Source: Rhodoglobus sp. (lineage in GTDB: Bacteria; Actinomycetota; Actinomycetes; Actinomycetales; Microbacteriaceae). From it: 64,000 nucleotides of DNA. Under the pieces are notes generated by a model. It searched no databases. It was not told the DNA's origin and was given only the letters and a program-made list of their open reading frames with translations. Below, piece by piece: positions 20,613-30,156 of this stretch (within the stretch, counting starts at the first letter, position 1; each line of letters opens with the position of its first letter). A program made the position numbers and the translations under genes. The stretch lies in assembly GCA_025463515.1 (NCBI GenBank), contig JAODAQ010000053.1, forward strand, positions 62,735 through 126,734. The letters run 5' to 3'.

Positions 20613-20671
20613 GTTCCGCCAACTCAGGACATTAGTGAGGAACCCCGCCTAATGTCCTGAGTTGGCGGAAC
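20613..20671. repeat. Perfect 23-bp inverted repeat with TCAGGACA core
   Basis: GTTCCGCCAACTCAGGACATTAG / CTAATGTCCTGAGTTGGCGGAAC with a 13-nt loop. Confidence 0.85.
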
Positions 20672-20727
20672 GAGCAAAGGTCGCGCCTGCGCCCCGACGC
20701 GGCCAGGCTGCTCTCGTTGAGGCCGCG

Positions 20728-21603
20728 CTACTGGGTGGAGGCGCGGTACTGCACGTCGATCGACCGCTGCGTGAAGCCGAAGGAGCGGTACAGCCCGAGC
20801 GCCGGGGCGTTGTCGCCTTCGACGTAGAGGTGGGCGGTCCGGATGCCGCGGCTCTCCAACCTCGCGAGCCCCGCCTCGACCAGCTGGCGCCCCAGCCCCT
20901 CGCCCTGGCGGTCGGGGGAGACGCCCACGACGTAGAACTCGCCCTCCCCACCCTCGACCTTGAGCCAGCAGTAGCCGATCAGGTCGGGGCCGTCCCACAG
21001 GAGGAGGAAGTCGTCCGGGTCGAACCACGGCTCGGTTGTGAGTACCTCGAGGTCGGTGCGAGTGACCGCGCCCTGCTCCGGGTGGGTGGCGAAGGCGCGG
21101 GCATTGAGGGCCACCCAGGCGTCGCTGTCGCTGGTTGAGTAGGCGCCCCAGCGCCGTATCGAAACCTCGCCCGGTTTCGATACGGCCGCAGGCGGCCTAC
21201 TCAACCCGCTGGGGGAGGCCGCGGGCGGCCTGCTCAACCCGCGGAGTTCGAGGTGCAGCAGCTCGCGCACGGCCTCGAGGCCGTGCGACGCGGCGAGGGC
21301 CCGCGCGGCGGGGTGGTCGCCGTGCGCCCAGAAGAGCGTGTCGCCTGCGGTGAGGAGGTGCTCGAGCATGAGCGTTCCGTGGCCCTCCGCGCGAGCATCC
21401 GGGTCGACGACGAATTCTGCCTCGCCGGACTCGCGCAGCGCTGCCGCCGGACCCAGCCACAGCAGCTCGCGGCTGCCGTTGGCGAGCGCGACGAGAGCGC
21501 CGTCAGAGAAGGGGGGCGAGCCGTCGGCGAGGGTGGCGCGACGGATCAGCCCTTCGAGGGCCTCAGGGCGCGGTTGCGGCGGGCGCGAGTCGCTCGGTGT
21601 CAT
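20728..21603 (-). CDS. mshD: Mycothiol synthase (acetyltransferase) MshD
   Basis: 291 aa with two GNAT halves. The C-terminal half has AFATHPEQG and [17 protein letters not shown] (acetyl-CoA site). It sits next to a glnR-like gene, as I recall for Mycobacterium. Confidence 0.8.
   Translation of the reverse strand: MTPSDSRPPQPRPEALEGLIRRATLADGSPPFSDGALVALANGSRELLWLGPAAALRESGEAEFVVDPDARAEGHGTLMLEHLLTAGDTLFWAHGDHPAARALAASHGLEAVRELLHLELRGLSRPPAASPSGLSRPPAAVSKPGEVSIRRWGAYSTSDSDAWVALNARAFATHPEQGAVTRTDLEVLTTEPWFDPDDFLLLWDGPDLIGYCWLKVEGGEGEFYVVGVSPDRQGEGLGRQLVEAGLARLESRGIRTAHLYVEGDNAPALGLYRSFGFTQRSIDVQYRASTQ
21133..21240. repeat. REP-A cluster (F + R + partial R) inside the mshD reading frame
   Basis: F at 21133-21166, R at 21173-21206, partial R at 21216-21240. 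Translated in-frame as [36 protein letters not shown]. Confidence 0.85.
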
Positions 21604-22258
21604 CGTCGTAGACGTTGAAGCGGTAGCCGACGTTGCGGACGGTGCCGATGAGCGACTCGAGGTCGCCGAGCTTGGCGCGCAGGCGCCGCACGTGCACGTC
21701 GACCGTGCGGGTGCCGCCGAAGTAGTCGTAGCCCCACACCTCGCTCAGCAGCTGCTCGCGGGTGAAGACGCGGGACGGGTGGGTGGCGAGGAAGCGGAGG
21801 AGCTCGAACTCCTTGAAGGTGAGGTCGAGCGGGCGGCCGTGCACCTTCGCCGAGTACGAGGCCTCGTCGATGACGACGCCGGAGGCCTGGATCTTGGAGC
21901 TCGAGGAGTCCTGCGCCTGGCGGCCGAGGGCGAGGCGGATGCGCGCGTCCGCTTCGGCGGGGCCGGCGGAGGCGAGGATGACGTCGTCGACGCCCCAGTC
22001 CGCAGAGACCGCGGTGAGGCCGCCCTCGGTCAGGATGAGGATGAGCGGCACGTTCACGCCGGTGGTGGTCAGGATCTTGCAGAGGGACTTGGCGCTGGCC
22101 AGATCCTGCCGGGCATCGACGAAGATGAGGTCGCAGCTCGGCGCAGAGATGAGCGACGCGGGCGACGCAGGGATCTGCTTCGTGGTGTGGCTCAGAAGCC
22201 CCAATGCGGGAAAGACCTCAGTGTCGACCGCAGAGGTCAGGATCAACAGCTGCGCCAA
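21563..22258 (-). CDS. glnR: Orphan OmpR-family response regulator, GlnR-like
   Basis: Winged-helix C-terminus ([52 protein letters not shown]). The receiver lacks the N-terminal acidic pair. TTG start with a GGAGG SD site. Confidence 0.7.
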   Translation of the reverse strand: MAQLLILTSAVDTEVFPALGLLSHTTKQIPASPASLISAPSCDLIFVDARQDLASAKSLCKILTTTGVNVPLILILTEGGLTAVSADWGVDDVILASAGPAEADARIRLALGRQAQDSSSSKIQASGVVIDEASYSAKVHGRPLDLTFKEFELLRFLATHPSRVFTREQLLSEVWGYDYFGGTRTVDVHVRRLRAKLGDLESLIGTVRNVGYRFNVYDDDTERLAPAATAP

Positions 22259-22308
22259 CGTGCCTCCAAAGTGCGTTCCGTTAGTCTACGGCGGCTTAAG
22301 ATCACTGT

Positions 22309-22566
22309 ATGACGTGGCAGATTTCCAGCATTCTCCCGGTGTGGGTGCTTTCCCTGGCCGGTGCCATTGTCATCGCTGTCACGCTACCGCGCGACCAGTA
22401 CCTCACGTGGGTCGCGATCGTGCTCGCGGGGGCGGTGATCCTCACCTTCCTGATCCAGCTCGGCCTGCGCCGCACGGAAGGGTTCGTGGTGCGCGCCATG
22501 GCGAGCATCGGTGTTTCAGTGGTCATCCTCGCCGTCGCCTCGGGCGTCGTCGCGCTGCTCGGATAA
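22309..22566 (+). CDS. Small membrane protein
   Basis: 85 aa with three hydrophobic helices. Confidence 0.6.
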   Translation: MTWQISSILPVWVLSLAGAIVIAVTLPRDQYLTWVAIVLAGAVILTFLIQLGLRRTEGFVVRAMASIGVSVVILAVASGVVALLG

Positions 22567-22575
22567 GGTAGGTAC

Positions 22576-22686
22576 ATGCTTCTCGCCCTTGAGCTCTTCT
22601 TCGTCGGCCTCCTCATCCTGGCCACGCTCTCGATCGGGTTCGTCTCGGTCGTCGTACTGTTCAACCTGTTCCGCGGCCAGCGCTAA
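22576..22686 (+). CDS. Candidate 36-aa hydrophobic micropeptide
   Basis: ATG 22576 lies 9 nt after the previous stop, with AAGGTAGG upstream. Sequence MLLALELFFVGLLILATLSIGFVSVVVLFNLFRGQR. Below the ORF-track length cut-off. Confidence 0.4.
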   Translation: MLLALELFFVGLLILATLSIGFVSVVVLFNLFRGQR

Positions 22687-22698
22687 GCGCGGTTTCCC

Positions 22699-23298
22699 AT
22701 GGTCATCGAGATCGATCCGACCATCCCGGCCGAGCTCGCCCCCATCTCCTGGCTGATCGGCCTGTGGGAGGGCACCGGCATCGTCGACTACAAGATCGGC
22801 GACGAGACCCGCTCCCTCGAGTTCGGGCAGCGCATCAGCTTTTCCCACGACGGGCTCCCGCACCTCAACTACAGCTCGTACACCTGGCTCCTCGACGAGA
22901 ACAACACCCCGCACGTCACCGAGACCGGCTACTGGAAGCTCACCCGGCCGGCCCTCGAGGGCGACCCGGGGCCCGGGCTGCTCCCCGGCGTGGGACCTCG
23001 GCCGTTCACGACGGCGCAGTCCGTCGAGACCCTGCGGCAGTCCGATGGCAGCTTCGAGATCGAGGTGTCGATCGTGCACCCCGGCGGCGTGAACGAGTTC
23101 TACCTCGGCCGCGCCATCCCGGCCCGCATCGATCTTTCGACGGATGCCGTACTGCGCACCGCGTCGGCAAAGGAGTACACGGCCGCGACCCGCCTCTACG
23201 GGCTGGTCGACAACCACCTGCTGTGGGCGTGGGATATCGCGGCTCTCGGCCAAGACCTCCGCACCCACGCCTCCGGACGGCTCGCTCGTGTCGAGTAA
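22699..23298 (+). CDS. FABP/nitrobindin-family beta-barrel protein (DUF1794-like)
   Basis: LSWLIGLWEGTG...YWK pattern typical of actinobacterial nitrobindins. Confidence 0.75.
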   Translation: MVIEIDPTIPAELAPISWLIGLWEGTGIVDYKIGDETRSLEFGQRISFSHDGLPHLNYSSYTWLLDENNTPHVTETGYWKLTRPALEGDPGPGLLPGVGPRPFTTAQSVETLRQSDGSFEIEVSIVHPGGVNEFYLGRAIPARIDLSTDAVLRTASAKEYTAATRLYGLVDNHLLWAWDIAALGQDLRTHASGRLARVE

Positions 23299-24310
23299 TT
23301 CGTTCGAGGGCCGCCCCGGTGCGGTGGGCTCTCCTCCCCAGCACTACGGAAACCCGCTCGGCGAGCAGAAGGCGCTCCTGACCGGCGCTGTCGTCGACCT
23401 CTCCGACCGCTCGGTCATCACCATCACCGGACCGGACCGCCTCACCTGGCTCGACTCGCTCACCTCGCAGTCTCTCGTCGGTCTCGCCCCGGGCGACTCC
23501 GCCGAGACGCTGCTGCTCGATCCGACCGGGCGCCTCGAACACGCGATCCGGCTCGTCGATGACGGCACCACGCTGTGGCTGCTCGTCGACGGCGCAGAGG
23601 GTGCGCCCCTCGCGGCGTGGCTCGAGCGCATGCGGTTCATGCTGCGGGTGGAGGTTTCCGACGTCTCTGACTCCTTCCTCACGCTCGGCGTTCTCGGCTC
23701 CACGGACATCCCCGCGATCGTCACCTGGGTCGACCCGTGGGAGGCCGGCCCGGGCCACACCTACGCGGCCTCGCGCCCCGACGCCCCATGGACGTACCGC
23801 GAGCTGCTCGTGCCCCGCGACACCTTCACCTACGACGGACCCGTCGCCGGAACGCTCGCCCTCGAAGCACTCCGCATCGCGGCCTGGCGACCGAGGCTGC
23901 AGGATGCCGACGAGAAGACGATCCCGCACGAGCTCGACTGGCTCCGCTCAGCGGTCCACCTCAACAAGGGCTGCTACCGCGGGCAGGAGACGGTCGCCAA
24001 GGTGCACAACCTCGGCCACCCGCCGCGTCGCCTCGTGCTGCTGCACCTCGACGGCACCGTCCCGGCGGTCGGCGCCGAGGTACTCCGCGGCGAGGACGTC
24101 GTCGGCCACGTGACCTCCTCCGCCCTGCACTGGGATCTCGGACCCATCGCGCTCGCCGTGATCAAGCGCTCCGTCGACCCGGGCATCGATCTCGTCGTGA
24201 CCACCGACGACGGCCCGATCGCCGCCGCGCAGGAGGTCATCGTCCCGACCGACGCCGGCGCCGAGGCGAACATCCCGCGCCTGCCCCGGCTCGGCACCGT
24301 CACCCGCTAG
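23288..24310 (+). CDS. ygfZ: Folate-binding YgfZ/CAF17-family protein
   Basis: GTG 23288 overlaps the previous stop. Motifs include DLSDRSVITITGPDRLTWLDSLTSQ and the C-terminal KGCYRGQE. Confidence 0.8.
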   Translation: MSSNSFEGRPGAVGSPPQHYGNPLGEQKALLTGAVVDLSDRSVITITGPDRLTWLDSLTSQSLVGLAPGDSAETLLLDPTGRLEHAIRLVDDGTTLWLLVDGAEGAPLAAWLERMRFMLRVEVSDVSDSFLTLGVLGSTDIPAIVTWVDPWEAGPGHTYAASRPDAPWTYRELLVPRDTFTYDGPVAGTLALEALRIAAWRPRLQDADEKTIPHELDWLRSAVHLNKGCYRGQETVAKVHNLGHPPRRLVLLHLDGTVPAVGAEVLRGEDVVGHVTSSALHWDLGPIALAVIKRSVDPGIDLVVTTDDGPIAAAQEVIVPTDAGAEANIPRLPRLGTVTR

Positions 24311-25413
24311 TGACCGACTCCGCACCGCTCCGCCGCCTGGCCCGGAGGGTGCGGGTCCGAGCGCAGGTACGCGCGGCGGACCGCCGCGCGACCGAGGCGC
24401 TGCCGGCCGCACTGCAGATCACGGTGGCGGCGATCGTCTCGTACTCCATCGCGCACTATCTGCTCGGGCATCCGGCGCCGTTCGTCGCGGTGGCCGTGAC
24501 GATCACGTCGCTCGGCCTGACTCGCGACGCCCGGCCGCGCAAGGTGCTCGAGACAGCGCTCGGCGTGACGATCGGAATCGCGCTCAGTGAGCTCATGGTG
24601 CTCGTGATCGGCAAGGGCGTCTGGCAGGTCGCGATCGTCCTGTTCGTAACGCTCGTGGTCGCGCGCGCGTTCTCACCCAACCCGGCGTTCGCGATCGCGG
24701 CCGCCGTGCAGTCGGCGATCGTCGTGATCGTCCCCGGACCGGTCGATGCCGTCTTCACCCGCAGCATCGACGCCGTCGTTGCGGGGGTGATCGCCCTGAT
24801 CGTGACCGCGCTGATACCGCGCGACCCTCGTCGTGTTGCCTCACGGGATGCCCGCCTCCTCTTCTCCGTCTTCCATGAATCGCTTGCCGGCGCCGTCGAG
24901 GCGCTCTCGCTCGGCACGCCCGCGCCCGCCGAGCTCGCACTCGACCGCTTGCGCCGCACCCAGTCCCTCGTCGACGACTGGCGCGTTTCTCTCGACACCG
25001 CAGTCTCGGTCGCCCGCATCTCGCCCTGGCTGCGCCGGCACCTGCCCGAACTGCGCGTCCAAGAGCGTGTGCTTCTCGGCGCTGACCTCGCCTCCCGCCA
25101 CCTGCGCACTATCACCCGTCGCATCGGTGTGATCGCGCACGGAACACCCCGCCCGAACCTCGCAGCGCTCATGGCCGAACTCGCCAACGCGATCGACCTC
25201 CTCGGCCGCGAGCTCGACGACCGCACCCTGGCCGGCTCCTCGCGCACCGCCCTCGTAGACCTCGCCCAACGCCTCGACCCCGCCACGCTCACACCGGAGG
25301 GGGAGCTGCGCGAGACCCTGATCGTGGTGCTGGTCCGCCCGCTCGTGGTCGACCTTCTCGTCGCAACCGGGATGCCCGTGGACGACGCCCGCGCGCTGCT
25401 ACCGCCGGTCTAA
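24310..25413 (+). CDS. FUSC/aromatic-acid-exporter-like membrane protein
   Basis: GTG 24310 overlaps the ygfZ stop (TAGTG). N-terminal multi-TM region plus a helical cytoplasmic C-terminus. Confidence 0.65.
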   Translation: MTDSAPLRRLARRVRVRAQVRAADRRATEALPAALQITVAAIVSYSIAHYLLGHPAPFVAVAVTITSLGLTRDARPRKVLETALGVTIGIALSELMVLVIGKGVWQVAIVLFVTLVVARAFSPNPAFAIAAAVQSAIVVIVPGPVDAVFTRSIDAVVAGVIALIVTALIPRDPRRVASRDARLLFSVFHESLAGAVEALSLGTPAPAELALDRLRRTQSLVDDWRVSLDTAVSVARISPWLRRHLPELRVQERVLLGADLASRHLRTITRRIGVIAHGTPRPNLAALMAELANAIDLLGRELDDRTLAGSSRTALVDLAQRLDPATLTPEGELRETLIVVLVRPLVVDLLVATGMPVDDARALLPPV

Positions 25414-26186
25414 TCCCAGCTGAATCCCTGGGGGCTCACGGCGCCCCATGCCACTGTCAACTCGCCGAGACGCCACCTCGCTTTCGTCCCCAGGATCGGC
25501 CACGTCTCCTTCATCGACGAGGCCACCGCGACCCATCGCTGCGACGGGCCGTACACACCCAAGGGTGCGTGCACCGCCCACCAGCGATCGAGGTCGAGCA
25601 GATACCGGTGAATAGATTCGCCGGGGACGTTCCTGTGGATGAGAACCTTCGGCAGCCGCTCAGCGACGATGGACGGCTTGTCGAGGTCGGCCAGGCGGAG
25701 CGAAACGGTGAGGGTCTGTGGGCCATCGGCCGTGACATCCACCCAGCTGGCTACCCGGCCGACCTCGTTGCACGTCCCCTCCACAAGCACGCCGCCCGGC
25801 TGCAGTCTCCCCACCATGCCGCGCCACGCGTCGAGCACCTCCGACTCGTCGTACTGTCGCAGGACATTGAGCGCACGGATGACCGTGGGGCTGTCGCCCG
25901 GCACCTCGAACCCGCCGAGCCGGAAGCTCACGCCAGCCCGTGCACTCTTCGACGCCAGCGCGACCCGCGCGGGCTCGATCTCGATGCCGACGACCTTCAC
26001 GTCCGGCCGTCTGTGAGAGAGGCGGTGATACAGCTCGAGAGTGGTGGTGGCGGATGCCCCGTACCCGAGATCCACGACCAGCGGCGTCTCGGCGCGGCGC
26101 AGGGCGGGCAGTTGCGCGATCCACCTGTCGATGCGGCGGAGGCGGTTGGTGCCGGTGGTTCCGCGCGTGACCTGGCCGATGGGCAT
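25410..26186 (-). CDS. Class I SAM-dependent methyltransferase
   Basis: ATG 26186 forms an ATGA overlap with the hepT stop. Motif I is VVDLGYGAS. Confidence 0.7.
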   Translation of the reverse strand: MPIGQVTRGTTGTNRLRRIDRWIAQLPALRRAETPLVVDLGYGASATTTLELYHRLSHRRPDVKVVGIEIEPARVALASKSARAGVSFRLGGFEVPGDSPTVIRALNVLRQYDESEVLDAWRGMVGRLQPGGVLVEGTCNEVGRVASWVDVTADGPQTLTVSLRLADLDKPSIVAERLPKVLIHRNVPGESIHRYLLDLDRWWAVHAPLGVYGPSQRWVAVASSMKETWPILGTKARWRLGELTVAWGAVSPQGFSWD

Positions 26187-26524
26187 CAGAGCGCACGTTT
26201 CGTGCGGGCGAGCTCGCCTATCTGCGGGAAATCCGTGGCGACTGTCTCCCACAGCACATCCAGATCAATGATGTTGTAGTGGTGAACGATCTTGTCGCGA
26301 TTCTTGGCCGCGAATGACCAGACTGGTTCAGAGAATCGTTGAGAGTCGAGCTGGGTCAATTGCTTCGCCACTTCGCCGAGCCGATTGCTGAGCGCCTCGA
26401 ATGCGAGACGGATCGCAATGTCGTCGTCGAAGGCGATGCGCCCTCGCGCGACCAGTTCGGCTGCGGCTTGCAGGGTCTTCTCGAGATCTTCGAGCAAGCC
26501 CTCGGCTCGATCGTCCGCGTTCAT
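26186..26524 (-). CDS. hepT: HepT (DUF86/HEPN) toxin
   Basis: 112 aa with the R-x4-H motif (NRDKIVHHY). ATGA overlap with the upstream mntA. Confidence 0.8.
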   Translation of the reverse strand: MNADDRAEGLLEDLEKTLQAAAELVARGRIAFDDDIAIRLAFEALSNRLGEVAKQLTQLDSQRFSEPVWSFAAKNRDKIVHHYNIIDLDVLWETVATDFPQIGELARTKRAL

Positions 26525-26991
26525 AAGGGGATCGACTGGTCGAGCATCGCTTTGTCCCGGGGTCGAGTCAGATCGAGCGCTGAGCGAGTTATGACATCCA
26601 CGGGACGCCCGAGTACCTGTTCCAGGTCTGTCTCGAACCCCGCGATATCGAACAGCGAAGCACCTGGCTTTGCATCGACCAGGAAGTCGATGTCGCTGTC
26701 GAACCGTTGCTCGCCGCGCGCGACGGAACCGAACACGGCGACGTGATCGAAGCCCCATACGGTGCCGAGGCGTTTGATCAGGTCACGTCTGGACTGAATC
26801 TGCTCTAGGCCTACTGTTCCTGCCGCGCTGTTCTTCAGTTCCAAGTACACCGAGTAGGGGAGTATCGCGGCCTCTGGCTTGCGGTGCGAGCCGATGATTG
26901 CGACGTCGATCTGGTGAGCCGTCATCCCATCCACGAGCGCGGAAAGACTGCTGCGGGCCTCCGCCATTCCCATCACCCGATCGTCCATCAC
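26521..26991 (-). CDS. mntA: MntA-type nucleotidyltransferase antitoxin with an N-terminal Phd/YefM-like domain
   Basis: N-terminus AEARSSLSALVD...IGSHRKPEAAILPYSVYLEL is Phd/YefM-like. NTase motif GSVARGEQRFDSDIDFLV. The start could instead be an internal ATG. Confidence 0.8.
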   Translation of the reverse strand: MMDDRVMGMAEARSSLSALVDGMTAHQIDVAIIGSHRKPEAAILPYSVYLELKNSAAGTVGLEQIQSRRDLIKRLGTVWGFDHVAVFGSVARGEQRFDSDIDFLVDAKPGASLFDIAGFETDLEQVLGRPVDVITRSALDLTRPRDKAMLDQSIPL

Positions 26992-27002
26992 GCAATTCTA
27001 CC

Positions 27003-27030
27003 AAAAATGTACATATTTACGCACATTTTT
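27003..27030. promoter_or_regulatory. AT-rich inverted repeat (candidate TA operator/promoter)
   Basis: AAAAATGT-N12-ACATTTTT, with an internal TGTACA. It lies 12-40 nt upstream of mntA in an otherwise GC-rich context. Confidence 0.35.
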
Positions 27031-27108
27031 TCACATCGGACGATACGCCTTCTTCTCGCATCGTGAAACCCCTTCCCGGTCATCCGGCCATCGTCTTAGC
27101 GTCGAAGC

Positions 27109-27456
27109 ATGGCAGTGAAACTGAACAAGCCCGCACTCGAGCACGCTCGTTCGCTCGTGCGCGCCGGCAAAGTGGTGAGGGACGAGCGCGACGCCTGGAG
27201 CGAGGATGCGCCGAGCGCGTCAGACGAGAACGCCTACGTCGACAAGCACGGCTGGACCGAGTACTCGCACTGGCACCTCGGCATCGACACGGATAAGACG
27301 GACGAGACCAAGGGGCACTACGAGTTCCCGTTCGGCGACTTCACAAAGGTGCACCGGTGTGCCGTGATCTCGCTTGAGAGCCGTGCCGCGCAGTTCGACC
27401 ACGACGACATCGCGAAGGCCGCGAAGGAACTGCTGGAGCTGATCGACAAGGACTAG
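27109..27456 (+). CDS. Hypothetical protein
   Basis: 115-aa ORF with coding-like codon usage. No motif recognised. Confidence 0.5.
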   Translation: MAVKLNKPALEHARSLVRAGKVVRDERDAWSEDAPSASDENAYVDKHGWTEYSHWHLGIDTDKTDETKGHYEFPFGDFTKVHRCAVISLESRAAQFDHDDIAKAAKELLELIDKD

Positions 27457-27599
27457 GGCTGCGCCTCGACAGGCAGCTCCTCCTCGGGGTCTTCGCCGTG
27501 GTGCGCGGGAACCTCGGGATCGCTGTCGAGTTCGTCGACAACGTCCTCGGGGTCGACGAAGCTGGCGTCGGGGTCAGGGGTGAAGTTGGTGTCGCTCAT
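27453..27599 (-). CDS. Candidate small acidic protein (MSD..., Asp/Pro/Glu-rich)
   Basis: 48 aa from ATG 27599. Weak SD site. Composition resembles the microproteins at 40355-40820. Confidence 0.3.
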   Translation of the reverse strand: MSDTNFTPDPDASFVDPEDVVDELDSDPEVPAHHGEDPEEELPVEAQP

Positions 27600-27704
27600 G
27601 AGCCCAGCCCACCACGGAGGGGTGCCGGGCGGCACCCCCTTGACCAGCTCTGCGAGTAGGTCGTGTGCGGGTCATCCGGATCATTCTCGCGCTATTCTCG
27701 CCGC

Positions 27705-28094
27705 ATGAGTGATGCACAGCTGCCCGCCCCCGCCGACCCCACACCGAGCACCCCGGGAGTTCCGGCCGGGTGGTACGCGGACCCGAACTCGGGCCGCCAG
27801 CGCTGGTGGGACGGTACGAGGTGGACGGAGAACTTCGGCGCTTCAGCGACCAACGGCGCGGCGATCGCGGCGCTCGTGCTCGGTATCGTCGGCTTCGTCC
27901 TGACGCCCATCCCCCTGTTCATCGGGCTCTTCCTCGGCGGTATTCCGGCCATCCTCGGTGTCATCTTCGGCATCGTCGGCCTGACCCACTCGGCGCCCCT
28001 CGGCGGCATCGGAAAGGTGCCCGCCATCGTCGGAATCGTCCTCGGCGGCCTAGCAATCCTGTCGATCTTCGTGGGCGCGGGAACCATCTGGTAA
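27705..28094 (+). CDS. DUF2510/DUF4190-like membrane protein
   Basis: GWYADPNSGRQRWWDGTRWT motif followed by two Gly-rich TM helices. Confidence 0.7.
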   Translation: MSDAQLPAPADPTPSTPGVPAGWYADPNSGRQRWWDGTRWTENFGASATNGAAIAALVLGIVGFVLTPIPLFIGLFLGGIPAILGVIFGIVGLTHSAPLGGIGKVPAIVGIVLGGLAILSIFVGAGTIW

Positions 28095-28108
28095 TCGCCC
28101 ACAACGAA

Positions 28109-28138
28109 GAAGGCCCGCTCCCAGAGGAGCGGGCCTTC
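28109..28138. terminator. Bidirectional intrinsic terminator
   Basis: Perfect 13-bp stem GAAGGCCCGCTCC / GGAGCGGGCCTTC with a CAGA loop, between convergent genes. Confidence 0.7.
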
Positions 28139-28152
28139 GGTGTTCTCGAGCG

Positions 28153-28821
28153 TTAGTCGTCGAGGTCCGACGTGCTGCCGCTGCACATGGCGAACGCGTA
28201 CGCGCCAGTCGCGGTGTTCTCGGAGATGACCTTGCCGTCGATGGTGATCTTGCAGCTGATCGTTCCGCCGTCAGCACCCGTGCTCGCCGACAGCGAGTAG
28301 ATGTTGAAGTCGAAGGCGCCGCCGCGCTCGACGTCGGAGGTGATCGACCATGGCAGTGGTGCGTCCGCGACCTGGGACGTTCCGCTGTTGTTGTCGTCGT
28401 AGGTCGAGTAGGTGATGTTCGACGCGGTGGCCGTGTCGCCGCTCACTTCGTAGACGAGCGGGACGAGCACGGAGGCGGCCTCTTCGGCCTGATCCATGTC
28501 GTCCTTGACGCTGCTGGCGACGGTCGCGATTCCGACGAGGCTCACGATGAGCCCGACGATGATTGCGAGGATGCCCAGCGCGAGGCCGATCGCGGGCGTG
28601 ACCTTCTTGCGGTTCTTGGCGACAAGCCCGGCGATGGCGAGGCCGATGGCGACGAGGGCCGGGACCCACGCGATGAAGCTCAGGAAGGGGATGATCGCGA
28701 AGAGGAAGGCGACGGCACCGACGATGAGGGAGCCGAGGCCGACGGGGTTGCCCTGCTTGGTCGCGGGCGGCGGGACCGGCACGGACGAATCGGGCGTGCT
28801 GGGGGGAGGGGTGATCGACAT
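28153..28821 (-). CDS. Membrane protein (DUF4190-like N-terminus, beta-rich extracytoplasmic C-terminus)
   Basis: 222 aa with a Pro-rich N-terminus, three TM helices, and a C-terminal domain containing two Cys. Confidence 0.65.
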   Translation of the reverse strand: MSITPPPSTPDSSVPVPPPATKQGNPVGLGSLIVGAVAFLFAIIPFLSFIAWVPALVAIGLAIAGLVAKNRKKVTPAIGLALGILAIIVGLIVSLVGIATVASSVKDDMDQAEEAASVLVPLVYEVSGDTATASNITYSTYDDNNSGTSQVADAPLPWSITSDVERGGAFDFNIYSLSASTGADGGTISCKITIDGKVISENTATGAYAFAMCSGSTSDLDD

Positions 28822-28954
28822 TGAGGACCTTTCGAGTCTGACTAGGGTCCTCAGAGATTATCGGATTCCTCAACTTCCGCTGCGCCACCGGGCCGCAGAG
28901 AGGCAACACGAACAGGGGCTAGGAGCAGAGCGCTCGCGACTACTCTCGAAAGGG

Positions 28955-29386
28955 ATGGAGTCATGGGCGAGCAGCCCAGCAGTCCGCAAGTCGATGCTGG
29001 GCAACAAGCGACGCGACACGCAGATCGAACTGCGCGTCCGCCGGCTGCTCCACGCCCGTGGCCTCCGCTACCGAGTCGACTACGCGCCCCTCGACAAGCG
29101 CCGCCGCGCAGACATCGTCTTCACCCGCCAGCGGGTCGCTATCTTCATCGACGGCTGCTTTTGGCACGGATGCCCCCTGCACTACATCCAGCCCAAGACG
29201 AACGCCCACTACTGGTGGCCGAAGATCGAGCGCAACATCGCCCGCGACCTCGAGAACACGCACAGACTCGGTGACGCAGGGTGGGCGGTCGTGCGGTTCT
29301 GGGAGCACGAGGACCCCGACGAGATCGCCGACTCGATAGCGGAACTGATCGCGAGCCTCCGCGCCCAGAGCAGCCTCGCGTCCTAG
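28955..29386 (+). CDS. vsr: Very-short-patch repair endonuclease Vsr
   Basis: [32 protein letters not shown]...ADIVF...[13 protein letters not shown]...W.KI..N..RD...L...GW.V.RFWEH. ATG 28955. Confidence 0.85.
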   Translation: MESWASSPAVRKSMLGNKRRDTQIELRVRRLLHARGLRYRVDYAPLDKRRRADIVFTRQRVAIFIDGCFWHGCPLHYIQPKTNAHYWWPKIERNIARDLENTHRLGDAGWAVVRFWEHEDPDEIADSIAELIASLRAQSSLAS

Positions 29387-29409
29387 CCGCGGATCGGTAC
29401 GCTGGACCC

Positions 29410-30156
29410 ATGACCCACACGCTCATCCTGCTCCGCCACGGCAACTCCGACTGGAACCAGAAGAACCTCTTCACCGGATGGGTCGACGTGCGCCTCAGCG
29501 ACCAGGGCGTCGCCGAGGCGAAGCGCGCGGGTGAGCTCATCGCCGAGTCGGGCCTCAAGCCCGACATCCTCTACACGAGCGTGCTGACCCGCGCGATCCA
29601 GACGGCAAACATCGCCCTGGATGTCGCGGACCGCGCCTGGCTTCCGGTCAAGCGGTCGTGGCGCCTCAACGAGCGTCACTACGGCTCGCTCCAGGGTCTG
29701 GATAAGGCCGAGACCCTCGAGAAGTACGGCCCCGAGAAGTTCATGGAGTGGCGCCGCAGCTTCGACGTCCCCCCGCCCCCTCTCGACGACGACGCCGAGT
29801 ACTCCCAGGTGCACGACGAGCGCTACATCGGAATCGACGGCGAGATCCCGCGCACCGAGTCCCTCAAGATCGTGATCGACCGGATGCTCCCCTACTGGGA
29901 GTCGGACATCATCCCGTCGCTCGCCTCAGGGCAGACGGTCCTGGTCACTGCGCATGGCAACTCGCTGCGCGCGCTGGTGAAGCACCTCGACGGCATCTCC
30001 GACGAGGAGATCGCCGAGTTGAACATCCCGACGGGGATTCCGTTGGTGTACGAACTCGACGACGGTTTCAAGCCGACCGGTCCAGCGAAATACCTCGATC
30101 CCGAAGCCGCAGCCGCGGGTGCTGCGGCCGTGGCGGCGCAGGGGGCCAAGAAGTAG
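29410..30156 (+). CDS. gpmA: 2,3-bisphosphoglycerate-dependent phosphoglycerate mutase
   Basis: [32 protein letters not shown] and AHGNSLRAL motifs. Confidence 0.95.
   Translation: MTHTLILLRHGNSDWNQKNLFTGWVDVRLSDQGVAEAKRAGELIAESGLKPDILYTSVLTRAIQTANIALDVADRAWLPVKRSWRLNERHYGSLQGLDKAETLEKYGPEKFMEWRRSFDVPPPPLDDDAEYSQVHDERYIGIDGEIPRTESLKIVIDRMLPYWESDIIPSLASGQTVLVTAHGNSLRALVKHLDGISDEEIAELNIPTGIPLVYELDDGFKPTGPAKYLDPEAAAAGAAAVAAQGAKK

Noticed and set aside
21133-21240. mshD as a pseudogene disrupted by repeat insertion.
   Set aside because: The reading frame is intact across all three repeat units, with no stop or frameshift. It is therefore annotated as a CDS, with the in-frame insertion flagged as a finding.
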